From the NCBI RefSeq assembly GCF_009914755.1, contig NC_060929.1: a DNA stretch of 64,000 bases; one strand, written 5' to 3'. A program made the position numbers and the translations under genes. The notes under the pieces were generated by a model. That model ran no database searches. It worked only from the letters and a program-made list of their open reading frames with translations, and was not told where the DNA came from. The DNA comes from the human T2T-CHM13v2.0 reference genome, Homo sapiens. This document shows, piece after piece, positions 26,923-42,858 of this stretch; position 1 is the stretch's first letter, and each line of letters opens with the position of its first letter.

Positions 26923-29900
26923 TCAGCCACTTCCTGATCTGACCTTGGAACTCGGAGTCCCCCTCCCAGTGGTTCCTGCAAAGCCCCAGGGGGACTCGGA
27001 GTGGCCTCCTCTTGACAGTCAGTTGTGAGTCAGCAATTTCCTCTCATGATTAAGACGGTCCCAGGGGAGCTTTGGTCACTTGGAACCTAAAGACACTTGA
27101 CTGATCCCATTGGTCCTCCTGAGTGGCTCAGAGTCTGGGAGGCCGCCAGGGCCCAGGTCACACTTCCTGGCCTGACCAGACCAATGAGCCCATCGCCTGG
27201 AATCTGCAAGCCCCTCCGTTGAGCTGGGAGCCCTTCGAGGGACTCCTGCTTGCATTAAACCTATACCAGTGCTTTCTGAGTTTCACTCTCCCCCCTGGGG
27301 TGTGATGATGATACCGCCCATCCCTGAGGGGCCTGTGACAAACGCTACCCCTTTATACATCCTGGCTCTGATATGAACAGCCTTTTTCTTGGGTCCCTGA
27401 ACACACTTTGTCACTGCTGGGGCTTAACAAAGCCTTCCTGAACGCCCAGGAGAGCAGCAGGGACCTAACAGAGGACTCCAGAGGCTCAGACCCAGCCCCG
27501 CACGGCTCCTCCACCCCAAATTCAGCCCCGGGGTCTTGTTCACCAACTGCTGGGTCAGAGGTCCTGATTTCCATGTCTACTTGCTGCTGGGTGACAGGGC
27601 AGCTTTCCCTGGCCCCTGCCAGGGGGTCCCCAACCAGGCGTCTCACTGATTTCATGGACCTGCCCCAGAGAGGGGCACCCAGTTCTGTAGTACCCATCCC
27701 CCCAGGGCTGCCCCCACTTCCAGTTTTCCAGGGGGTAGCACTGTGATGTCACCCCTAGTGAGGGCCGTTTTGTTCCTGTCACACTCCCCACTACCACAAC
27801 AACTAGGCCCTATCCTTGAGGGATGCAGGCTGCACAGAGAAGCAGAGAAACAAGAGAAGGGAAACCTTAGCTGTGGAGCTTCCAAAGTCCAGGTCCTACC
27901 ACATGCAGTACATTTGGAACGCTCTCTGCACAGCATGTGTCTCCCCCTCAGCATGGACAGATGAGGTTAAACATTGTCTAGCTGTGGAGGACAGAAGAAT
28001 ATAAGGAACTAAGGGAGAGGGCTCTCCTGGGCTGGGTGGGGGTACGCCTGGGGAAGGATAAGCCCCCAGGGGCAGCTGCAGCTCTGATCTCGGGATTGGT
28101 GGGGCTGAACCTCATTTCCTGGGAGGGGCAAGGTCCCCAGGTGCCCTGTGCCCTGAGAAGGCCAGGAGACTCTAGACAGGGAGTGAGCGGTGGTGGCTCA
28201 ACAGAGGGCCTGTGACAGCCCAGCGAGCTCCCCAGCCCCAGTGCCCTGTAGGGAGCGGCCAAGTTCTCAAGGAGGGCCTGGAAGGGAGTCCCAGTTGTGA
28301 CAAGAGGAGGCCACAGCCAAAACTTGCTTGGCCCTTACAAGCAGAGACCAGATGGGGACGCAGACAGCTCATCGGCTGCCAACTCGGAACAGAGATGACA
28401 GCCAAGAACCACATGTCCCAGTGTATGTCTTGGGGGTGCCAGCAGGGATGACATCGACCGATGACCCATCTGCCACCTCCCCTGATGTTTATGATGTCAC
28501 CCATATTTGCTGGGATCTGTGGGGTCCAAGAGATGGGGGAGGGGGCCCTGAATCTTCTGAGTTGAAGCTGACAGAGCTGAACTGAACTCAAGACTTTTCT
28601 GCTACTCAGTAGAAAACGGAGGTTGGAAAGGAAGCATGCGTATAGTAGGAAAGTAAGGTGGTGGTTTTGGCACACCTGCGTGAGTGGCCTGAACATTCAC
28701 ACCCACAATCCAGGGCTGAATGAGGGACAGTGAATGCAGCCTTTGGTGGGGTGGCTCTTCCTCCCCGTCCCTGGTCATGTGATGGGCACTGGTGTGTACC
28801 TGAGCATTTCCTCCTCGCTCTCCCTCCTGGGGGTAGGTGTCAGGGGAACAGAGAGGGCTGGGTGAGTGGTGAACACAGCCATCTATCTTCCTGCTCCCCA
28901 AGTCCCCCTTTGGTGAGGATGTTGCCAGGAGCAGGCAAGAGCTGGGAGGGCAGGTAGTGATGACTAGGAAGGAAAGAGGCAGTCCCGGGTGCCTGGGTGA
29001 CCTGGTGGCCAGAGGAGAGGGAGAGGCCTGGAGGAGGCTGGGACAGAGGAAGGCTCAGAGGAGGCACTGGGCGGTGGTCAGCAGACTTAGGAGCCAGAAT
29101 CCACTTCCGGTTCCTGGGCATATTCCCTAAGCAATCGGAGCCTCCGGTCCTCACCCCAAACAAGGTGGGCTCCACATGTCTGCCTGGCCCACATCTTTCT
29201 CCTTCCTGGTTCTCACTTGGGAAACCTTCATCTCCCAGTAGTTTAGGCAGTGCTGACCCTGGCCTCTGGCTTCAGGCCTGGCCAATGGGGCTATATTCTT
29301 GCACCCTTGTTGGAACTGTTGGCCGAGGGAAGCTGGCTGTCTGCCAAGATGGCTGAGCTGAGCAGTGAGCGCCCGTGGGCCCCTCCTTGCTGATCTCCCC
29401 AAGCTGGGCCCAGGCCCCTGCCAGGCCCTTTGCACCTGCTGCTCACTTCCCTGGGGTGCCTTCTCCTCTGACCTTCACCTTCAGCTCCTCTCATCTGAGG
29501 CTCAGCCCAGTGGCCCTACTCAGAGAGGCCAACTTGGCTCCCTTTAAAGCAGTCCCCAGTCCTGTCCCAGGGCCTTCCCTATGTCTGCGTTTCTTCCCAG
29601 CACTCACCACCATCCGAGATGAGCTCCTGAGCTACTTTAACTGACCATCTCCTCCTCTGATATCAGCCGCCAAGAGCAGGGACCTTGTTGCGCTCCTTCC
29701 CAAGCCAGGGCCCAGCACAGAGCAGAGGCTCAGCAGTCCCTGCCTGGACACCGAATGCTACTGAGAACTCTGTGCCTGGTGTGGGGCAGAGTCTCCAAGG
29801 TCACAAACCCATCTTGGGGGTGCAAAATCCCTGCTAAGGTTTTCTAAAACAAAACTTAATTTCTGTCTTGAGTCCCCATTAGAGTAAATTCAGGATAAAT

Positions 29901-30599
29901 TTGGCCCATTTTGGGGTGTTCTTGGTCCATTTGTGGTTGCACTCAGGTGGAGGAGGGACCCAGGAAGGGTCAAGGCCTCGAGTGGGGCCAAACTCCCCAG
30001 ACATCTGTGTGACCTCAACGCTGCACCCACAACCCAGGGGTCTCTGCCTTCCACACTGGCTCCACATAGTCCTCCGTCCTGCCTGGTACAGGATCCATCC
30101 CTGCCGCATGCCCCTCTTAGACCACCAGGGTCCCCCGTCACGTCCCAGGACCAATCTGGTGACCCCTCTGCTTCAAGACATACATTCTGCCTCAGTGGGG
30201 GCACATGGGGACTCTAAGTTACCCCCATCCATTCTGTCCAGGCCCCTCCCACAGGAGTTAGGAGGGGCTGTCTTGGTGGCTGGTGACCTGATGAGTGGGT
30301 GTCTCCGTGGGCCCCACTGCTCCCCTCCGAACATCCCCCTGCCTGGGATCCCCAGACTCCTTACAGGGCCAGGCTAGCTCCTCTCCCTGTCACCCTGGGG
30401 CTCTGCCAGCTACCAGGCAGGAGGCTGTCAACACCGGGAGGAGGACATATCCGAGGCATCTCGGACGCCAAGCGTGAGTGAGCAAGGCTCGTCCTGCTAA
30501 GGGTCTGGGGACGTGACTGGGTGTGCAGAGGAAGAGAGAGGCCAGGCTCAGGCTTCATCTTGTTTAATCCGTGGAGGACCTAGGGGATCCCTGTTTAGA

Positions 30600-31130
30600 C
30601 CCCTGCAGGCTGCAGTGCCGCTCTGCTCCGGCCTTAGCGCCTCCCCGCAGCTCAGAGGATGGGACTGGGGTCCAGCTCCCTGCCCGCCCCGCACCCCGTA
30701 CCCCGCAGCCTGTCCGTCCATCCGCCCCGCTTCACTTCGCTGTCCCCTGTCGGGGTTCGAGTCGCAGCCTCCAGCCTCACCCCGCACCTCCCGCCCTGCA
30801 GCTCAACTCTCGCCTCCGCTGCAATTTATTACTGGAGGCCGCAGAACCAGCGGCGTGGAGTGCGCCTCCCGGGAGCCGCGTCGGAGAAAGGCACCCACCC
30901 GCCTGGGCCGGCTCCCGGGCGCGGGGCGGTGTCTCAGGGAGGCGTCTCAGCCGAGCTGCAGGGCGAGGGGAGCGAGCCGGGTCCCGGGGGAAGGCATCCG
31001 GTCAGGGCCTCGCCCACCCGGGTGGCTCCTGCGCCACGGGGCCTGAGCTCCGCCTTTGGGATCCGCGAGGATTGGAGACTGGGGACCCGGCAGCAGAGGG
31101 TCCAGGCAGAAAAGCTCCGTGTGGCCCCCA
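30600..31130. promoter_or_regulatory. Orphan CpG island
   Basis: Roughly 45-50 CpGs counted by eye in ~500 bp of non-Alu sequence; GC box ggggcgg. Confidence 0.75.
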
Positions 31131-31878
31131 GGGAGGGTGGATTTAAAGAAAACCAGTCACATTAAAAAGCCAGGGTTCATGGAAATACTTGGACTGCTGG
31201 CTTCTCCTGAAAAACGGGCAGTCGACACCGGGTGGCCTTCCACAAGGCAAACCTGGGGGGCAGCCCCGTTTAGAAGGCCCGGCTGCCCTCTTCAGTCACC
31301 CAGCGCCTCGCCAGACCCCAGGGGACATTGGGGCTTGAGACCCCTGCTCTGCGTGGGGCACAGCAGAGGCCAAGGGAGACTGTGGTCCAGCTGTTCCACG
31401 GGCTTCTGGAGGCCAAGGACTCTCTCTTTTTGTTTTTATCTTTGTATATTACTCTGGTACATAAAGGCTGGCATATAAAAGTGTTGAATAAATAAATTTT
31501 CAATGAACAGCTGAATGAATGATGATGGTGATGAATGAATGAATGGATGGTGATGACTACCCAGAATTATAATCAAGTGGATGAGACTCAACCACTTGAA
31601 AAGGTGAGTCCACATTGCAGGCCAAGGAAGCAGAGGTGCAGAAGCTGGGGGCCCCTGAAGGAGTCCAGGGCACTTGGGGTGGAGTGGGGACCAGGGCAGC
31701 GTGGCTGCCCAGGGGTGGCAGGAAGGCCAGGCTGAGGGGCTGGAATTTGAGCTTCCTGGCTGCTTTACTATCCAGTCACCTGAGCTTTAAACACCCCAAG
31801 TCTGGGGCCACCCTCCAGGCCCAGGAAATCAGACTCTTCACCGGTGGGTGGGGCAATCTGTGCTTTAAAAATGTTGCC

Positions 31879-32325
<447 letters not shown>

Positions 32326-35299
32326 TCAGGCCCTGGGGGTCCATCTTAGCCACTCACCGTATTTTAAGTAAGTTTTAGAGGGAAGGAAAAGTATGAAATG
32401 ACTGTGTTTGTTTTGCCCAAGCAAATCCATTTATAAAGTGCAGCACTTGTTTAAGAAAAAAACAACAGCTATTGACAAAATATAAGAAAATAAATTAAAG
32501 CCGCAGCTTCTTAAAAGGACCCTGTCCGATAATTTGATTTTTTCCCCCTTCTTCCCTCAAAGGCCAGAACGACACAATCAATCTTGCTGTTCCATAGGCT
32601 GTCTCATTACAGCTTTTTCTTAAGTGGAAAAAGAAAAAGAAAAAGAAAAAGAAAAAAAGTGGAAAGAAACTGAGTGCCATCTACAGCACCATCACCTCCT
32701 GCCCTACAGTAGATCCGCAGGGACCCTCTGTCTCCCCTGCCCCAGCCTTCTTGTCCTGCTGTAGCCCAGCTCTGACCCCCACCCTACCCCAGCTATGCCC
32801 TCCAGATGGGACCAATCAACTGGTCTTAGATGAGACTGGTCAGCTCAGAGGCCTTCCCGCCAAATCTCATGACCCATAGACTCTGTGGGGATCCTATCTT
32901 AAGTCGTCAAGTGGGTCAGTCATCAAATTTCTCATCCTGACAGCCTCATCCAAATAACTGACATTTTTCATGAGTAAAATACATAGCAGAACGCAGGTGT
33001 GCTGAGGGCTTTGCACACCCGGGTGAAACCCCTCTGCATGCAGCACTTTGCTTCCAACATAATGCAGATCTCAGGTGGAGGAGCTCCCACCACCTCCACC
33101 TCCTTATACGACCCTCTTCCTCAAATGTTGCCCTGCGTGGTTACCATCCATCCCGTCAGCCACACACACTGGGTGCCTGCCCAACATTGATGGCACTCTG
33201 ATCATCCCCCACGATGAGGACAGGTAAGGTTTTTAGGGAATAAAACCAGTTTTAAAAGGCAGTCCCACCTGTGTTTAGATCCAAGGCCATAGCATGTCCT
33301 TGGCCAGACCACTGCCTCCCTGTGAGTTTCTCCATCCAGAGAGCGAGGTCAATAACACCCAGGGGTGGTTGTGAGGATTGAATGTGCAGCCATATGTAAT
33401 CATCATCATCATATTTTATAATCGAGCACTTGCTCGTTGCCTGATCCTGAGTCATCATTCCTTTCTGACATTATCAGATTAAGTCTTCAGTTCATATTAT
33501 TTGCCTTACTTTACAGGTGAGAAAACAGACATGCAGAGAGGTTAGGTTAATTGCCTTTGGTCTTATAACTAATAAGAGGGAAGGGTTTTTTATTGTGGGG
33601 GGTTTTCTAGAACCTGTGCCCCCCTTGCTTGTTAGTCCCCGTTTCCCTCTGGAAAGTTCCCCACCAAGTGTGGTCTTTGAGGAGAGCAGTGATGGTGCTA
33701 CCTCTCACAGTGGAAGCTCTAGGGCAGCTTGTCCCGGGCTGTGGGGCCAGAAGTAAACTCAGCTGAGACCCTCAACCAGTCTTCAGTCCTTGGTGCTCTC
33801 AGATTTGGTCCCCCAGCCTCCGTGGATTCAGATAACCCCAAATTTACCTTCCCTTTTTGCTTAATATGGGCAGAGTCTCTCTGTAGCTTGCAACCCCAGG
33901 ACTCTGCTTGCAACAAAATGAGTAATAATAATAATATACCAAAAGTAGCTATTATTTCTTGAGCATTTATTATGTGCTAGGTCTTGAGATAAAGAGCTTT
34001 ATAGATGTTACGGTGTCTCAACCTTGCTACCTCATACAATTGTCCCTGTTTTACAGGCAAGAAAACTGAGGATCATATACATTTGGATTCTTGCCTGGCA
34101 TCACACAGCTGGATGGAGGGCCAGGGGCTCAAACCCTGAGCTGCCTGAGCATAAGTCTGTGAGCATAAAACTCTGTTGGTGTGCCTGACATAAGAGGCAC
34201 TTACTCGGTGATGGCTTTAGCACCATGTATGCATGCACTGGGTCTGTTAAAAATTAGTGGGGAGGTTCTAGTTGGAGGTAAGATGAAGTAGACACACTCC
34301 ACCTTGTCTCTCCCACAAAATGCAGCTTCAAACCTGGACTAATTGCATGAATTACCTCCTTTAAGTCTCTGAAAAAAAGACCAGTTATCAAAGTAACACC
34401 AAATTGGTGGTAAGTTTACTATTTTTCCCCCATCCAATATCCCCTGAATTGAAACCCCTGAATTCAATGCAGCCAAAAACCTTGAAGTGGATATCAGCAT
34501 CTATAGAGAGATCTCCAGGGAAAACCCTCTGATTCTGGCTTCGGGACCAAGAAAGGGGTCTTCCACTGCTCCCGGTGAGTGAAGAAGCCTCCTATTTTTT
34601 TTTCTTTTTCTCTTTTTCTATTCTCTCCTGCCACAGCCCCTAAGCAATGATGTGGCAGTAGCACTAGCAACAGTAGCAACAGCAGCAGCGAAAGCTGGCG
34701 GGAACCTAAAACTCTAAGGAAGGGGAATTTTCCTCTCCAGTTGGAGGAGCCGTGGTCCATGAAGGTGGGGCAAACCCCTGCTGCTTTGCTATCTCTGGTG
34801 CTTGGGCTCAACTCATACAGTCACAGGAAATGCATGGCAGAGGAGAAATAAAGCCCCAGATTTCTGGCCCAAGCACTGGACAAGGGGAACCTCAGTGAAC
34901 CAGAAAGTATAGGAGAGATCTCAGAGAGAGAAGAGCTGGAAAAAGTGATCCCTTAAAGTTGTTTGTGAAATCCTGGGCTCCTTCCCAAAATGTGCATGAT
35001 CTGTACAGGATTAGACCTTAAACTGCATACTTGAGAACTGAACTACGGGATAGTGCACTGCTCAAATCCCAGATTAGCCATGGGGTGGTACATACGGGGC
35101 AGATTCAAATAGTGAAATAGCAAAAAAATAAAATAAGTAATAAAAAAATGAATAAATAGCAAAACTTTGTAAATTGAACTGACATTGGAACCACAGGCCA
35201 CAGGAGGCTGTTGGGAACTTATGACCTGAACTCACCTGGATCATTTGCCTGCTAACAGAAAAATACCAAAAATTTCTCTATATAGAAAGAACCAGGAGT

Positions 35300-35633
<334 letters not shown>

Positions 35634-36923
35634 TCACTCAGGAAAAGATGCCAATGCTGAGGCTACTTTGCTGAGATATCAGACTTTACAGCATCTATTA
35701 TGAAAGTGGTGCAATGTGTAAGAGCAAACACTCTTGAAATGAATGGAAAGTCTCAGCCAAGAAACAAGATACCAAGAAGAACCAAGTGGAAATTTAGAAC
35801 TGCAAAAGACAATAACAAGAATCTCCCTGGATGGGCTCAATAGCAAAATGGAGATGATAGAGGAAGAATCCAGTGAACTTGAAGATAGATCAATAGAAGT
35901 CATCCAATTTGAATGACAGGCAAAAAAGAGTGTTTAAAAAATGAGCAGAACTTCAGGGACCCATGAGGAAACACCAAAAGTTCTAACATTCTTATCATTT
36001 GAATTCTGGAAGGAGAGAAGAAATAAATAGGGTCTGGAAAAAATATGTAAAGAAATCATGGTGAAAATTTTCCAACTTTGGTGAAAAACATAAACCTACA
36101 GATGTAATAAGCTCAGTGAATCCTAAACAGAAGAAACCCAAAGAAATCTGTGACCAGAAAATCATAATCAAACTTCTGACAATGAAAAATGAAGACAAAA
36201 TCTTGAAAGCAAGCCCAAAAAAATGACACATTTCCTATAGGGGAAAAATGATTCAAATGACTCTGGATTTCTCATCAGAAACCATGAAGGCCAGCAAAAG
36301 TGGAACGACAGTTTTAAGGTGCTTAAACAAAACAAAACAAAATAAGAAAAGAACTGTCAAATCATAAGTCTTTAGAAGAAATACCTTCTGGATGAAGGTA
36401 AAATAAAGACATTTTCAGATGAAGGAATGCTAGGAGGATTTGTTACTGGGAGACTTGCACTAAAAGACTGCTACAACAAATTCTTTAGACAGAAAGAGAT
36501 CATAGTAGAAGGAAATGTGTAACATCAGGAATAAATGGAGAGCAGAGGAAATGGTAAATATTTGGATAAATATAATAGGCTATTTTTTCTCTTGTTGAGC
36601 TCTTTAAAATATGTCTGACGGTTAAAACAAACAAACAAAAAAACATTGTGTGGTAGGGTTTTCAGTGGCTGTAGATGTAATATAGAAGACAAATATAACA
36701 TAAAAGGGAGAGGATAAAGGGACCTACACAGCAGTAAGTTCTTTACACTTCACATGAAGTAGACTGAGAAGAGTTAAGTATGTCTATTGCATTTTCTAGA
36801 ACAACCTCTAAAAAAACTATTCAAAGAGATATAGTAAAAAGTTAAATAAATAAATTAAAATCAAATACATTCATAGGAAAACAAATAACTTAAGCCTTAC
36901 ATTTTACACAAAAATTAACTCTA

Positions 36924-37531
<608 letters not shown>

Positions 37532-37818
37532 CTCAAAAATGGACTCTAAATAGATTATAGATAAAACTTTTGAATGGAAACATAGAAGGTCATCTTTATG
37601 ACCTGTGATTAGACAAAGAGTTTGTAGGCATGCTATTAAAAACAGTCTATAAAAGGATAAATCGAGTTTCATCAAAATTAAAACTTTTGCTTTGAGAAAG
37701 AGACTGTTAAGAGAATAAAAAGACAAGCTATGGACTTGGAGAAAATATTTACAAACCACATATCCAACAAGAGATTTGTATTCAGAGCATATAAAGAACT
37801 GTCAAAACTTAACAGCAA

Positions 37819-39218
37819 TGTCACGGAATCTTTGGGGTGTCACTTTCTGGCCTGAAACCTCTGGCGGTGGTGCCTTTGCCCAAGTTTTGCTCAGGCCCAC
37901 TGGCTTGTTCCACCCACTCGGCCTGGCAGGCTGCACTCGGCTCACACTACCAGCCTGGATCCCATATCTGCCAAGGACGAGTCAGGCGTGGAGCGGTGAG
38001 GGGTGTGTGAGCAAGTGTGGGGTCCCGCCTCTGTGCAGTCAGACACACCTGCAGTGGGGAGGGCAGCACAGGTGCCGGCTCTCTGTGAGGCTGTGGCTGG
38101 ACCAGGTGCATTGCAGGTAGCTTCCCCGGCTGGCACTGGGAAATGCAGTGGCACCCAGAAGCTTGGAGATTCCAGGCACTGCAGGACCCCAAAGAGGGAG
38201 TCACAGCCCTAGCTCAGAGAGGCCTCCCAGGTCTGGGCTCCCTAAAGGGCTGCAGGTCTTCTCTCCTCTTCGCCTGCAATGTGGTGAGCAAGGGCCGTGT
38301 TTCAGCCCTGTTCATGTTATAGCTCTTTTAGCTCCACCATTTGGCGGTCCCGAGTTCTTCTCCTGCAGCCAGAAAGAATGAGGTATGCAAACAAGTGCAG
38401 GGTGAGCAAGATGAAGAAGAGCTTACTGAGCAACAGAACAACTCACAGGAGACCTACAGGGGGTAGCTCCTTTCTGCAGCCAGGGTGTCCCAATGAGTGT
38501 TCAGCTCCTAGCAGAGAGGAGACCCTGGAGTGTGAAGCTCCTCTCTGCTGCTAGTCATCCCACTGTCTGCTCAGCTCTGGCTGAGCCCAGGGCTTTTATG
38601 GGCCTCAGAGGCGGGGACGTGCATGCTGATTGGTCCACGGGCGGCCATGGGCAGACCCAGAAAAGACACTTGGGTCAGTGGGACTGGAAGCCTGGCCCCC
38701 AGCTTTCAGGCTCTCCCTGGCCTGAAGATGGAGCCTCACTGGGGACTGCCGCCTTCTGCCCAGGAATTTGTCTGCCTCCTGCTGCAGTTCATGGCACTGG
38801 GCTCAGCCCTGATAGCAAGGAGAAGCCAGGCAAGGGGAGCAGGCACTTCCAAGCCTGCAAGGGCAGGGGGACTTCCCAAGCCTCCAAGAGTGCAGGGATG
38901 CCTGAGCCTGCAGCAGCAGTTTGGGGGTGGGGGGTGGGGGCAGGGCTCCTGTCTGCTCCTGGAGTGGGAAGCCCAGGTCTGCAGCCTTGGTTTGGGCGGT
39001 TGCAGCTGCACCCAGGAGGGCAGGGTTCCTGTCTGTTCCTGGCCCCACAAGAGCACAGGGAGACTCGGATCCGCAGCCAGGACTTGGGTGGCTGCAATGT
39101 CACCTGGGGAGCTCCTACCCCAGCTTGGAAAGGGTGGGACTCCTGTCTGTCCCCACCTGTGCAGCCCTGGCTGTGACTCCCTGCTGCAGCCGGCATGATG
39201 GAGCCACTGCTGCCATCA
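37819..39218 (-). mobile_element. MER52-like ERV1 solo LTR (~1.4 kb)
   Basis: TG...CA ends; minus strand begins tgatggcagcag; 4-bp TSD gcaa/gtaa; interrupts collinear L1. Confidence 0.75.
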
Positions 39219-39574
39219 GTAAGAAAACAAAAAACCCATTTAAAAACTGGACAAAAGATCTGAACAGATACTTTACAAAAGAGGATATAAAGATGTCCAA
39301 TAAGCATATGAAAAGATGTTCAACATCATTATCCATTAGGGCAATAGGTACAACTACACATCCACTAGAATGAATAAAATAAAAGTTCTGACAATACCAA
39401 GTGGAATGCTCACACATTGCTGATGAGAACTCAAAATGGCACCACCCGTCTGGAAATTGATTTATCAATTGTTTATAAAGTTAAATATATGCTTACCATG
39501 TGACCCAGCAATTCCACTCCTGGGGATTTACTCTACAGAAATGAAAACTTATGTTCCCATGAAAACTGACCCAT

Positions 39575-39890
39575 GGCTGGACATGGGAGCTCAGGCCTGT
39601 AATCCCAGCACTTTGGGAGGATGAGGCAGGAGGATCACTTGAGTCCAGGAGTTCGAGACCAGCCTGGGCAACATAAGGAGACCCTGTCTCAACAACAACA
39701 ACAACAAAAATAGCAGGGCATGGTGGTGCACGCCTGTAGTCCCAGTTACTTGGGAGGCCAAAGCAGGAGGATTGCTGCAGCCCAGGAGTTCAAGGCTGCA
39801 GTGGGCTATGATTACATCACTGCACTCCCGCCTGGGCGACTAAGTGGGATTCTGTCTCAAGAAATTAAATAAATAAACAAATAAATAAAT
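39575..39890 (+). mobile_element. AluJ
   Basis: Alu dimer with (AAC) linker and (TAAA) tail. Confidence 0.92.
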
Positions 39891-40111
39891 TACTGTGAGG
39901 AAAAACATTATTGAAAACTTAGTCCCTGTTGGTCTCCAGTAAGTTGTGGGTGTACAAAGCGGAATCCGGTAAGGTCCACATTTGTGGGCATCTTCCAAAC
40001 AAAGCCAGCAACAGCGTGACATAAGGGGGTAGGAGGAGGGTCAAGTTTCACCCTAATTGCCACCTTCTCAGAGAGGCCTTCCCTGACCCTCCCCACACAA
40101 AGTAGCATCCT

Positions 40112-41362
40112 TGTATGAGTTTCCTGTTGCTGCTGTAATAAACCACCCCAAGATTAGATGTTTAAAACAATGCACACTTATATCTTACGGTCCTGGGGGA
40201 CACAAGTCCAACCTGGGTCCCATTGGACTAACATCAAGGTGTGGGCAGGGCTGTGTTCTTCCTGGAGGCTCGTAGGGGGAGTCTGTTTCCTTGCTTCTTC
40301 CAGCTGCCCGAGGTCACCTGTCCTCCCCCATCCTCATGGCCCCCTTTTCCCCCTTCAAGTTGGGCTGAGTCCCTCCTGCACTCTCACTCTCTGGTTCTCT
40401 TCCCTCTGTCTCCCTCTTCCATCTCTAAGGACTCTTGTGATTCTACTGGGCCTATCAGATAATTCAGGACAACGTCCCCAACTCAAGGTCAGCTCATGAG
40501 CCACCTGCAATGGCTTCTGACACTAACTGCCTGGAATTAGGCCAGACTCCACAGGCTAAGGGTACATTCCTCCGCAAGACTGCCCTCACTTCAGACACCA
40601 GCCACAGGAGCAAGGGGCCCCAGGCCACCCCCACTTCTCACCAGCTGCCTACACATTCAGGGGCTCTCACTGCACCCTCAGGTTTGATAATTTGTTAGAA
40701 TGACTCAGAACTCAGGAAAGGGCTATACTTACGATGATAAACGGATACAATCAGAACCAACCCAAGAGACAGACCCACAGGGTGAGGTCTGGGAGAGTCC
40801 CAAACATGAAGTGTCCATCATGATCTCCCTGTGGAGTCAGGACGCATCCCCCTCTGAGACATCAACGTGTGACAAAACAGAGTATTGTCAGTCAGGGATG
40901 CACACCTGAGCTTTGGTGTTGAGTTTTTATTGGGGTTTCATTACATGGACACAATTGCTTGAATGGGCTGCATCATTGGCCGTGAAGCTGAACCCCATCT
41001 CCATCCCCCTCTCCTCCATGGAGGTCGGGCTGATATCATGTGTGGCTCACAGCCCCACCCTCTCATCACAGGGCTGGTCTTTCTGGCATGTCCAGCCCTG
41101 ATCCTGAGCCACCTCCTTGGCATAAAGTAACAGCTATTGTCTGAGTGACTGCAAGTAACAAGACACCCATCACTCAGGAAATTCTAAGGATTTAGAGGCT
41201 ACCTCCCAGGAACTGGGTACAAAGGCCAGCCAGATTCTTTATGATTCACAACCTTAAGTCCATCTTCACCTTTAACTCTCCTTGGAGTGTGACCTGACAT
41301 AGTCACAGGTTCCAGGGATTAGACTGAGGACATCTTTGGGGGGCTATTATTCTGCCTGGCAC
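40112..41362 (-). mobile_element. MLT1 (C/D-like) MaLR LTR split by MER21
   Basis: tgtatgagtttcctgttgctgctgtaa...; resumes cacaggttccagggattag...ttattctgcc. Confidence 0.65.
40507..41250. mobile_element. MER21-like LTR
   Basis: aagactgccctcacttcagacaccagcc; ttgttagaatgactcagaactcagg. Confidence 0.65.
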
Positions 41363-42444
41363 AACCTCCCAGTGTCTAACACATCACCCTGCTTTGTTTT
41401 TATTACAATACTGGTGCCTTTGTAAAATGGTCTTATTTTGTTGTTTATTTGCTTATGGCCTGTCTCTTCCTCTGGAGTGTCAGCTATATAAGGGTACCTT
41501 GGAGCACCCTGAGCTGACCTAGGCACGTCATGTGTGCCAAATGACAGAGGGAGAAGAGAAAGAGTTGGAGGAGGCAACATTTGAGCTGGTCCTGGAAGGA
41601 TGAGCGGAGTGCTGCAGGGTGAGCAGGGACTCTGGCCAGGAGCAACAGGTGAATAGAGCCAGAGGAGGGCTTAGGGACTGGGTGGGTCAGGGAGCACTGG
41701 GTGGATTGTTGTGGCCGGAGCACTGGGGTGTGTCGTGGGAAGGAGGCAGATGTTGGGAGCTGATCAAGACAGGCAGCTTAGACACAACTGCACGTGGCCA
41801 GGCGACAGACCTGAGGGCACCTGCGCTATCTGCTCTAGTGCCTTCTCTCTCTGACACAGGTGCCAGGAGGGAAGCACCAGGGTATGACAAATAGGGATGG
41901 ACCCTGGAGTCAGCCAGTAGTTGTGTAGTTGTGACCATGGGCAAGTCACCTCACCCCCCCATGGCTGTCACTGAGGCTGGCCCACTTTCCTGTCCAACCC
42001 TCTTCTCTTTGCTTTCCTCTAAGGCGGAGCCTGGAGAGCTCAGTTTCCCAATCTCTCTTGCGGCAAGTGCCACCAATCTGGCCAATGAGCTGGAGAAAGA
42101 ATCTTTGAGGGTGTTCTGGGAGTGGAAAGGGCCCAGTAAAAAGAGGGATAGACTCAGCTGGATCAGAATTTGGCCTTCTCCTCTGCTTCCGGCTTAGAAG
42201 GCCACATGATGTCAGGAGCAGCAGCAGCCACCTTGTGACCATGAGGGGCAAGCTAAGAGTAATGTCCTAAGGCTGGCAGGAAGATGGGAAGTTCCCTGGC
42301 CTGGAAGGATATCACTGAGCAACTGGGCCAGTGCCAGCAATCACCCACCTCTGGGTATTAGTTGGGCATTCTGTTACTCACAAACACAGCCCTGATTAAT
42401 ACACTCTCTAGGCCTCAGTTTCCTTTACTGTTCACTGGAGCTAA

Positions 42445-42858
<414 letters not shown>

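Noticed and set aside
30513-31165. Three overlapping 168-191-aa ORFs
   Set aside because: Stop-poor CpG island; Pro/Ala/Arg/Gly-biased with no recognisable fold.
34650-34692. CAG/TAG-like triplet run giving poly-Leu on the minus strand
   Set aside because: Short and impure, within the old L1 5' region; no exon context.
38493-39373. Cluster of 150-227-aa ORFs
   Set aside because: Inside the GC-rich MER52-like LTR and adjoining L1 remnant.
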